NCBI GenBank assembly: GCA_964016885.1
Contig: CAXHJY010000248.1
Location: 1-26,742, forward strand
Reading direction: 5' to 3'
Origin: Eledone cirrhosa
Taxonomy: Eukaryota
DNA: 26,742 nucleotides
Shown: positions 1 to 22,451 of the stretch, piece by piece
Position numbering within the stretch: the stretch's first letter is position 1
Layout of the letters: each line of letters opens with the position of its first letter
The notes under the pieces: model-generated
Told to the model about the DNA's origin: nothing
Databases searched by the model: none
Seen by the model: only the letters and a program-made list of their open reading frames with translations
Made by a program: the position numbers and the translations under genes

Positions 1-330
1 TGCTCATATATAGGAGCTACTTCTAACAATTTTAAGACAAGGTTTAATACCCACAAGCATAGTTTTAAAAATGCCGCACTGGCTAATACAACATCTCTAG
101 CAGAAAAAATCAATAGTTATAAAAATAAGAATATAGAATATGATTTGACCTGGAGTGTGCTCAAAAGAGCCACCCCTTATCAAAATAATAGAAATGAATG
201 TAGATTATGTTCCCAAGAACTATTTGAAATAATGAAATCTAAGGATATCCTATTAAATAAACGACAGGAATTAATTATATCGTGTAATCATAAACTAAAA
301 AAAACATTTAAATATTATAAACCTAATTAA
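1..330 (+). CDS. C-terminal GIY-YIG endonuclease portion of a Penelope-like element ORF (5' part lies outside the window)
   Basis: Frame 1 is open from base 1: CSYIGATSNNFKTRFNTHKHSFKNAALANTTSLAEKINSYKNKNIEYDLTWSVLKRATPYQNNRNECRLCSQELFEIMKSKDILLNKRQELIISCNHK...YYKPN*. Has YIG, FKxRxxxH, W, CxxC, catalytic-type E and LN..SCxH, colinear with the endonuclease at 22300-22668 ([16 protein letters not shown]...TSLA...LTW...PY...CNLC..E...LLNRKSE..SCPH). Confidence 0.88.
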   Translation, partial: CSYIGATSNNFKTRFNTHKHSFKNAALANTTSLAEKINSYKNKNIEYDLTWSVLKRATPYQNNRNECRLCSQELFEIMKSKDILLNKRQELIISCNHKLKKTFKYYKPN

Positions 331-1240
331 TAACATTATTTTAGAAATTAATATATAATTTAATTTAAATGTTAGTTAACCTATAAATTTAATTTAATTA
401 AAATTCTACTACAGATGAGAATATAAAATATTGTGTAATCATAAATTGTGAAAAACCTTTAAATATTACTAATATATACTTAGTAATTTAATTTATAGAT
501 TAATTTTAATTTATTTAACCCTTTATTAAAATTCCTTTACAGATAAAATACAACAAAATATCGTGTATTCAATGACAGAGAAATAATTTTTAGTATTATA
601 GACCTAATTAATATACATTTTAGAAATATATTTATAATTTGGTTTTAAATTTAGTCAACCTAAAAATTTAATTTAATTGGCTTAAAATTAGTATCCTAAT
701 ACAGACGGATTGCAGAGTGTCATGTAATCATAGAATGGGATGTGTTTTGGATGTATACCTAGTTAATATATTCTTTGCAATTTTTGAAAAAATATGTATA
801 TGTATGTATATATATGTATGTGTATGTATGTATATATATGTGTATATATATATATGTATGTATATGTATATGTATATGTATTAATTTTGATTTCTGTTTA
901 CATATAATTATATTCTGCTATTGATAAAATACAATATCTGTTTTATTTATTATATACCTAATTAACATATACTATAGAAATTAATATATAATTTTTAATT
1001 TAATTAACCTATAATTTATATTCTACTACCGATGTAATACTTTATTTGTTTTTTCCCTATTACTAAATTCATTTCCTAATATTGATACCATAACGTTAAT
1101 AATTTTAATTTAGTTATACTATAATTAATACTCTACTACTATTTAACTTCAAAATTCTGCTTCAAATATTATAAACCTAAGTAATTTACACCTTAGAAAT
1201 CAATATGTTAACTATCTTTAGTTTAGTTAACCTATAATTA
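278..1240 (+). repeat. Degenerate AT-rich tandem repeat (~130-160 bp unit) that begins within the last codons of the endonuclease ORF
   Basis: Recurring TGTAATCATA-like starts at ~283, 434, 564, 723; recurring ACCTAATTAA..TAGAAAT..AGTTAACCTATAA..TACAGA blocks at ~320, 600, 955, 1175. Confidence 0.7.
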
Positions 1241-1429
1241 ATGGTATACTTATATTGAAATGCATAATTTTGCCTTCTTTCTTGCATTTCCTAATACTGA
1301 AACTATGTAAACACATATTGAGATCCAAATACAGATTAATATTCTATGTTTCTTGAAACATATATTTTCTATAATCCCCTTCTCCCCCCCCTTCCCCCCT
1401 ACTATTATTATCTGTATTTGTAAGCGTGT

Positions 1430-1526
1430 ATGTATGAATATATATGTAGGTAGGTGTATATATGTTTGGGTGTTTATATCTAAGTATAAAAATACATATA
1501 TGCGCATGCAAATAAGGATGTATGAT

Positions 1527-1557
<31 letters not shown>

Positions 1558-1559
1558 GC

Positions 1560-1605
<46 letters not shown>

Positions 1606-2574
1606 GTGTGTGTGCGTGTATGTATGTGTATATATATGTGTGTATGTATGTGTGTGTATATATGTGTATGTATATGTATGTCTCTCTATATATATGTGTA
1701 TCTTCGTATCTATGTGGGTATATGTGTGTATGTACATGTATGCACATGTATATGTTTATGTGTATATGTGTGTATGTGTATATGTGTACGTATGCGCGCA
1801 TATATATGTGAGTGTGTGTGTGTGTGTGTATATATGTATGTCTATATATATATATATTTGTATATGTATATATATATATATTATTTATTATTATAATATA
1901 ATTTATGTGTATATATATATATGTGAAAATGTGTATATATATATATATATATATATAAATATATATGTGTATGTGTGTCTTTGTGTGTGTGTATATATAT
2001 GTATATATGTGTGTATGTATGTGTTTGTATGTGTGTTTATGGTTGTATGTGTGTGTGGGTATATATATATATGTATGTATATATATATATATGTGTATAT
2101 GTATCTCTATTTATGTGTGTATATATGTATATGTATATACCTTTTTCTTTGTATGTCTGAGTTGTGTGAGAGTGTAGTGGTGTTTGTATGTATATACGCA
2201 TATATGGATGCGTATGTATTTGTATATATGCGTATATGTAAGTGCGTATGTGTGTGTGAATATATATCTATGTCTATGTATGAGTATGTATGTGTGTGTA
2301 TGTATGTGTGTGTGTATGTATGTATGTGTGTATGTGTGTATATATATGTGTGTATATATATGTATGTATGTGTATGTATGTATGTATATATGTATGTATA
2401 TGTATATATATATGTATATATATATATATATATATATTTATTATATTATATATGTATGTGTGTGTATGTGTGTGTATATATATCTTTATATATGTGTATG
2501 TGTATGTATGTGTAGGTGTGTGTGTGTGACTATATATGTATGTGTGTATATGTGTATGTATGTATATGTATGTG

Positions 2575-2615
<41 letters not shown>

Positions 2616-3094
2616 ATATGTATCTCTATTTATATGTGTATATGTGTATATGTATATACCTTTTTCTTTGTATGTCTGAGTTGTGTGAGAGTGTAGTGGT
2701 GTTTGTATGTATATACGCATATATGGATGCGTATGTATTTGTATATATGCGTATATGTAAGTGCGTATGTGTGTGTGAATATATATCTATGTCTATGTAT
2801 GAGTATGTATGTGTGTGTATGTATGTGTGTGTGTATGTATGTATGTGTGTATGTGTGTATGTATATGTGTGTATATATATGTATGTATGTGTATGTATGT
2901 ATGTATATATGTATGTATATGTATATATATGTATATATATATATATATATATTTATTATATATGTGTGTGTGTGTATGTGTGTATATATATCTTTATATA
3001 TGTGTATGTGTATGTATGTGTAGGTGTGTGTATGTGACTATATATGTATGTGTTTATATGTGTATGTATGTGTATATATGTATATGTATATATG

Positions 3095-3147
<53 letters not shown>

Positions 3148-3548
3148 GTGTGTGTGTGTGTATGTGTGTATATATATTTATGTATATATATATATATTTA
3201 TATGTGGGTATGTATGTGTATGTGTGTATATATATGAGTGTATTTTTATATATATATATATATATGTAGATGTGACTGTATATATATGTATATATATATG
3301 TATATATATATATATATATATGTATATGTATGTATATGTATATGTATGTATATGTATATGTGTGTATATGTATGAGTGTGTGTATATATATACGAGTGTT
3401 GTGAGTGTATATATATATGTATATACGTGTGTATATGTATATGTGTATATATATATATGTATATATATATATATGTGTATATGTGTGTATGTATATATAT
3501 ATATATGTATGTATGTATGCGTGTATGTGTATATGTGTGTAAAAAAAA

Positions 3549-3583
<35 letters not shown>

Positions 3584-4020
3584 AGTATGTGTTTATGTAT
3601 GTATGTGTCTATGTATTTATATGTGTATATGTATGTGTCTCTATATGTATGCGTCTGTGTATGTGTATGTGTATTTATATGGTATGTGTATGTATATGTA
3701 TGTATATGTATGTGTTTATATATATGTGTATGTATATGTATGTATATGTATGTGTATGCGTGAGTGTTTATTTATATGTCTATATGTATGTATATCGATG
3801 TATACTTTATATTTTGCTTGTTTGTATATATATATATGTGTGTGTATGTATATGTGCGTGTATATATATATATGTGTGTGTATATGTGTGTGTGTATATA
3901 TGTGTATATATGTGTGTATATATATATGTATGTGTGTATATATGTGTATATATGTATATGTTTATATATGTGTGTGTGTGTGTGTTGTATGTGTAGATGT
4001 ATATATATATATATATATAT
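1430..4020. repeat. Compound (TA)n/(TG)n/(TATG)n microsatellite
   Basis: Direct reading; purine-pyrimidine alternation with G on + strand. Confidence 0.95.
2065..3090 (+). repeat. Tandem duplication, period 519 bp, inside the microsatellite
   Basis: Unique marker CCTTTTTCTTTGTATGTCTGAGTTGTGTGAGAGTGTAGTGG at 2140 and 2659, with colinear downstream markers (GGATGCG, GTAAGTGCG, GTAGGTG, GTGACTA). Boundaries approximate. Confidence 0.9.
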
Positions 4021-4627
4021 TTTCTTGATATATTTCTTTTTTCTTTTTTCTTTTTCTTTTCTTTTTATTTCTAAGTTTATAGATACATCTATAAATAAGC
4101 AGTCTGCCGAAACCGTTGAATACTGACCTCTCCCCCCCCTCCCACCTAATTTCTGTATCTTGATCTAAATGTGTGTGGCAGTGTTTATGTGCGTGCATTA
4201 ATGTCCATATGCTTATGATAATACTATATGCACATATATATGTGTGTGGGTGTGTGTGTGTGTATGTATGTTCGTAATTATGTGTATGTTTATGCATATA
4301 CGCGCGTGTGTGTGTGAGTGTACGAATATGTGTGAGTATGTGAATTTGTGTATGCATTTATTTCATATTTATGTGTCTATACGCATTTTATCTGTGGATT
4401 ATAAACTTACAGAGACATTAGCCTTGAATTTTTGTATTTGCATACATCTTTTTGGCATGCGTATGCATGTGAGCATATATCTTTATATAAATATGTGTAC
4501 GAAGTTAATTACATGTATATACACACACCAAACTGCATAAATTTTTTTGTATGTTCATTGGTCAATTTGAACTCTGTTCCCAAACGGACCTGAAATTTTG
4601 AATTGTTGTTATTATCAATAAATATAT

Positions 4628-4782
4628 TTCATTATTTCTGAAGACGGCATATATGTGTGTTTGGTATGTATATTTAATCTTGATAGTTTGTATAATTTTG
4701 TATAATTTTGTACATAGATCTGTTGAATATGCATGCCAATTCTAACACATATATATCCTAGAAACGATCGTTAAATAATGAA
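4628..4782 (+). ncRNA. Type I hammerhead ribozyme motif with greatly extended stem II
   Basis: Stem I TTCATTATTT(4628-37)/AAATAATGAA(4773-82), perfect 10 bp; core CTGAAGA 4638-44; GAAA 4761-64; stem III AC-GATC-GT; triplet GTT (cut after 4772); stem II: ATATATGTGT/ACACATATAT and TTGGTATGTATATTTAA(4661-77)/TTGAATATGCATGCCAA(4723-39). Base of stem II is imperfect (CGG.../...CCTA). Confidence 0.72.
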
Positions 4783-4851
4783 CTTTTTTTGTTTAATATA
4801 AGGAACTGTTTCATTGTTTTATTCATTATTTTTTTGATATTTTTAATATTT

Positions 4852-4881
4852 TATATATATGTATATATGTATATATATGTA

Positions 4882-4912
<31 letters not shown>

Positions 4913-4989
4913 ATATGTATATATGTATATATATATGTATATATGTATATATGTATATATGTATATATATATGTATATATGTATATATG

Positions 4990-5024
<35 letters not shown>

Positions 5025-5133
5025 GTATATATGTATATATATATATATGTATATGTATATATATATATATGTATATATGTATATATATGTATATGTATAT
5101 ATATATATATGTATATATGTATATATATATATG

Positions 5134-5200
<67 letters not shown>

Positions 5201-5201
5201 G

Positions 5202-5234
<33 letters not shown>

Positions 5235-5247
5235 GTATATATATATG

Positions 5248-5294
<47 letters not shown>

Positions 5295-5340
5295 GTATGT
5301 ATATATATATGTATATATATGTATGTATATATATATGTAT

Positions 5341-5389
<49 letters not shown>

Positions 5390-5486
5390 GTATGTATATA
5401 TATATGTATATATATGTATGTATATATATATGTATATATATATATATATGTATATATATATGTATGTATGTATGTATATATATATG
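4852..5486. repeat. (TA)n microsatellite with interspersed G (TATATG)
   Basis: Direct reading. Confidence 0.97.
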
Positions 5487-5771
5487 TATTAGTGAAAAAG
5501 AACAAAGGAACTATTATGACATTACAACAAGTTTATTGCCGACAGCCGTTTCGTCCGACCCCATGGTGGGACTTATCAAGGCATATAACATGTGATTGCA
5601 AGATCATTGTTTACATCAACGTATCACTCAAGGCTAGCAGTTTGAAATTGTTGTATACATCAGCAACTCCGCTTGTATAGTTGTGGTCAATATTCTAAGG
5701 GGTGCTCTTTTATATTAGTTGTCGGGGTCAGGGACTGAAGTTTAAAAATTAGACAAAAATATATAATTTAC
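5487..5771 (-). repeat. Left arm of 285-bp inverted repeat
   Basis: Reverse complement of 6958-7242; I counted 4 substitutions by eye. Confidence 0.95.
5527..5593 (-). ncRNA. Type I minimal hammerhead ribozyme (U3-A8 core variant), minus-strand copy
   Basis: Reverse complement of the 7136-7202 motif; core identical, one mismatch in distal stem I; predicted cut between 5541 and 5540. Confidence 0.83.
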
Positions 5772-6526
5772 GCATCAACTTTAAACTAAAAGACTTGGGG
5801 TCCCGTAGAAGCACCTTAGAAAATCCCTCAATGAGTGCATAAAGCTTACAGGCTCCAATAAACCTATTAGACTAGAAGAAAATTAAGAGGCTAATAAAAT
5901 AAGAAAATAAAAATATAAAGTTTCCCTAAAAAATATATAAAGTTCTTTGAAATTTCTTCTAGAGAAAAAAAAATTTTTCCGAAAGAAAAAAACCTTCTTC
6001 CCCCGAGATCACGTTTACAAAATTCAGAAAACTGAATTGAAAACTAGGTTGAAAGAAACTAATCAATTAGAGGTTAATTCAGAGAGCCTTCCATAAATCT
6101 CTCAGAAAAGGCCCCTTTAATATTTCAAATAGGAACTTCTTCCGAGAGACCCTTCGAAGAATTAAAATTTTAGAGAGCCTTTAAGGATAAATATAAAAAC
6201 GAATTGAGGAAAATTATACATTAAAAGTTAAAAATTAAAAATTACGGTATTTGGGATATCCGAGGATTTTTCAAAGGGCTGCTTCAACAGATACAACTTA
6301 GGCATAATAGATACAATAATCTAAGCAATTTAAGTAATTTAATTAGGGAGCAATTCAAGGAGTTTATCAAGTTGGGCAAGATTAAAGAAAGTGGTAACTA
6401 AGAAAATACATAAGCAAAAAGACAATAACTATAAAATGTATCTTTAAGAAGGTATAAGGTAGCTTCAGTGATCTAACCATGTATTATCACAAAAAAAAAA
6501 CATTCTAAAATTATTGATACAGGATT

Positions 6527-6905
6527 AAAAATTATTACAAAATTATTACAAAATTACCACAAAATCATTACAAAATTATCAAATCATCACAAAATTACCA
6601 CAAAATCATTACAAAATTATCAAATTATCATAAAATTATCGCAAAATGATTACAAAATTATCATAAAATTATCATAAAATTATCATAAAATTATGATAAA
6701 ATTATCATAAAATTATCATAAAATTATCATAAAATTATCATAAAATTATTACAAAATCATCATAAAATTATCATAAAATTATCATAAAATTATCATAAAA
6801 TTATTACAAAATCATCATAAAATTATCATAAAATTATCATAAAATTATAAAATTATCATAAAATTATCATAAAATTATCATAAAATTATTACAAAATTAT
6901 CACAA
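6527..6905 (+). repeat. 11-bp minisatellite (AAAATTATCAT / AAAATTATTAC), roughly 34 units
   Basis: Direct reading; bracketed by 15-bp direct repeat TTATTGATACAGGAT at 6511-6525 and 6908-6922. Confidence 0.95.
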
Positions 6906-6957
6906 AGTTATTGATACAGGATCAACAAAGACAACAATATATATTCCTGCCCAATCT

Positions 6958-7242
6958 GTAAATTATATATTTTTGTCTAATTTTTAAACTTCAATCCCTG
7001 ACCCCGACAACTAATATAAAAGAGCCCCCCTTAGAATATTGACCACAACTATACAAGCGGAGTTGCTGATGTATACAACAATTTCAAACTGCTAGCCTTG
7101 AGTGATACGTTGATGTAAACAATGATCTTGCAATCACAAGTTATATGCCTTGATAAGTCCCACCATGGGGTCGGACGAAACGGCTGTCGGCAATAAACTT
7201 GTTATAATGTCATAATAGTTCCTTTGTTCTTTTTCACTAATA
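6958..7242 (+). repeat. Right arm of 285-bp inverted repeat
   Basis: Reverse complement of 5487-5771. Confidence 0.95.
7136..7202 (+). ncRNA. Type I minimal hammerhead ribozyme (U3-A8 core variant)
   Basis: Stem I TGCC(7146-49)/GGCA(7189-92), extended by ACAAGTT/AACTTGT; core TTGATAA 7150-56; stem II GTCC/GGAC; GAAA 7177-80; stem III AC-GGCT-GT; triplet GTC (cut after 7188). Confidence 0.85.
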
Positions 7243-7347
7243 TTTCTGCTCTGCGTATACGCATAGAGCTTAACTAGCTACCGTCATATATTTGGTAAGT
7301 CAGACGTGATCATCGCGATTCACATACGACCTACCATACATCTTACT

Positions 7348-7378
<31 letters not shown>

Positions 7379-7383
7379 GTATG

Positions 7384-7414
<31 letters not shown>

Positions 7415-7415
7415 G

Positions 7416-7446
<31 letters not shown>

Positions 7447-7502
7447 GTATATATATATGTAAGTATATATATATATGTATGTATGTATATATATGTATGT
7501 AT

Positions 7503-7726
7503 GCACAGGCATTGCTTTATATCTGGAGATCTCTCTGCACTTGTCGTCACATGGTACCATGGGCCCAGCACTATGTGTCAGTAATTGTCACAAGTGTAGT
7601 GTTTGTACCAGAGTTTTCAAGTCGCTGGCTGGACTAAAAAGTCACACTCGTTCAGAGCATCGGTAGGGGTTCTCCTACATGGATATAAAGTAGTGGCCGT
7701 ACTCGAAAACGAGTTGGCAGCCACCA

Positions 7727-7740
<14 letters not shown>
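7503..7740 (+). mobile_element. 3' remnant of a non-LTR retrotransposon, probably RTE clade
   Basis: ORF end [23 protein letters not shown] (C2H2 finger, 7595-7666), ~60-nt 3' UTR with hairpin GTGGC..ACTCG-AAAA-CGAGT..GCCAC (7693-7724), then (TATG)n tail; this arrangement is typical of RTE-type LINE 3' ends. Confidence 0.65.
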
Positions 7741-20697
<12,957 letters not shown>

Positions 20698-21637
20698 GAT
20701 GAGAGTTAAACCTGAAGATTTTATTAGCAGACCCTCGGTTAGGCTTATCTGCCCCTCCAGGTCTGACCTGGGGACTATTAGTAAGGGAATCTTGGATAGC
20801 GTTATTCCCCTGGTTAGAGAAAAAACTTTCCTTGAGCTTTGGGGTAACACTAGTGAGGTCATTACATGGTTCTCTACTGATTGTGGTCGTGACTCACTAA
20901 AATTCATCCAATTTGATATTGATGCTTATTATACATCTATATCTCCTATTATCCTCAATAAGGCCCTCATCCTAGCCATGCGGAGGGGGGCAATTACTAG
21001 GCCACAGATAGATATTGTTCTCGCTGCACGTAAAACCATTATCATGTTTGAGGATAATCTATGGACGAGAAAAAACACACCTGATAATTTTGACATCACT
21101 ATGGGGTCGAGTGACTCTGCTCAAGTCACTGACTTGGTTGGACTATACCTCCTCAATGAACTGCATAGTAACTTCCCTTTCCTTAGGGGTGGGTTGTACC
21201 GAGATGACGCCCTACTCTCCATAGATACTAGTAAGTATAATATAGAGCGCATTAGGAAAAAGCTGCATAGCTTTTTTAAAACTTTTAACCTATCCATTAC
21301 AATGGATGTAAATGATAGAACTGTGAACTTCCTAGATGTTACACTGGACCTGGATAACCATACGTACACACCGTACCATAAGCCCAATGAATTGCTGACT
21401 TACGTGAATACCTACTCCAACCACCCTAGGTCTGTCATCAGCGGTATACTGAAGGGCGTATCTAATAGAATAAGTTCACTCTCACATAGTGAGGAAGCGT
21501 TTGACTCGCAGGCTGATTACTATAACGACGCCTTAGCTAGATCCGGCTTTAGGGACAAATTGTATTACACCCAGGGAAATAATGGTCCTAATAGTGGCTC
21601 TACCAGTGTTGTTATAACACATAATATGTCCATTGGT

Positions 21638-21793
21638 AATCGAGGTGTCGCGAATCGGAGGGTTCTAAATGCCGGTGGAATGAAACAGCAGGGCACCATT
21701 AGTCTAAGTAATAACAATAGAGGTGTCGTGAACGGGAGGTTTCTAGATGCCGGTGGAATGAACCAGCAGGGCACCATTGGTATAAGTAATAGC
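21638..21793 (+). repeat. In-frame 78-bp (26-aa) diverged tandem duplication in the RT-EN linker
   Basis: [26 protein letters not shown] / [26 protein letters not shown]; GCCGGTGGAATGAA at 21671 and 21749. Confidence 0.9.
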
Positions 21794-22381
21794 AATGGTG
21801 GGCCTCGCAGCTCCCCGCATGGACTAGGTGAGCATAGGAACCGTAGAAATAATAATGCTAATAATACTGATGGAAATAGAAAGAATAAAAAGAATAGAAG
21901 AAGATTGAATACATACTTCAACCCCCCTTTTAATTCTGAAGTGGCTACAAATATTCCTAGGACCTTCTTCTCTGTGCTAGAACGGAACTTCCCTCCTGGT
22001 AATAGGTACCACTCTATCCTCAATAAGAATGTTGTTAAACTTTCATATTCTACAACCCAAAATCTAGCCTCTCATCTGGCCATTACTAATAATAAGAAAA
22101 TAAAGGAAGGCCTGGACAACCTAAGCCTAGGGGAAAACACGGTAGTGGATAGAGTGGGCAGTGACACTGGTGGTGATCTTTCTGAGAATAGCATCACCAG
22201 AGGTTGTAACTGTAGAAGGGCTTTGGGCTGCCCCCTGAATGGTTTCTGCCTTGTTAGAAACATAGTTTATGCGTGTGATGTGGTAACTACGGCGTCCACT
22301 ATGACCTATATAGGATCAACTTCCACCCCCTTTAAGACCAGGTTTAACTCTCATCAATGCACTTTTAGACATAATAAACTG

Positions 22382-22451
22382 AAGAACTCCACCTCCTTGG
22401 CAGCGTACGTCCATAAAAGAACTCCACCTCCTTGGCAGCGTACGTCCATAA
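22382..22451 (+). repeat. Perfect 35-bp tandem duplication causing frameshift
   Basis: AAGAACTCCACCTCCTTGGCAGCGTACGTCCATAA at 22382-22416 and 22417-22451. Confidence 0.97.

Larger units (their letters stand above)
1..4852 (+). mobile_element. Penelope-like element A, 3' part (endonuclease end, long 3' region, terminal hammerhead motif)
   Basis: Endonuclease ORF end at 330, HHR motif at 4628-4782, U-rich end joining pure TA array at ~4852; same layout as element C. Linkage of ORF and HHR across the intervening microsatellite is inferred. Confidence 0.55.
5487..7242. mobile_element. Non-coding PLE-type unit B with inverted pseudo-LTR-like termini (truncated PLE 3' end or non-autonomous retrozyme-like element)
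   Basis: 285-bp inverted repeats each with an HHR, no credible ORF inside, left end abuts TA array; inverted partial pLTRs and HHRs are established PLE hallmarks. Confidence 0.7.

Noticed and set aside
4690-4715. TGTATAATTT repeats resembling the reverse complement of the unit-B minisatellite
   Set aside because: Too short and AT-rich to be meaningful.
6527-6905. CRISPR-like array
   Set aside because: No unique spacers, eukaryotic context; plain minisatellite.
5487-7242. DNA transposon/MITE
   Set aside because: Not excluded, but no TSD is evident, right side continues into unique sequence, and embedded hammerheads favour PLE origin.
7595-7666. Host C2H2 zinc-finger gene exon
   Set aside because: Single finger followed directly by stop, hairpin and microsatellite tail fits a LINE end better.
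21015-22263. Short overlapping/antisense ORFs within the RT gene
   Set aside because: Shadow ORFs of a coding region with no recognisable motifs.
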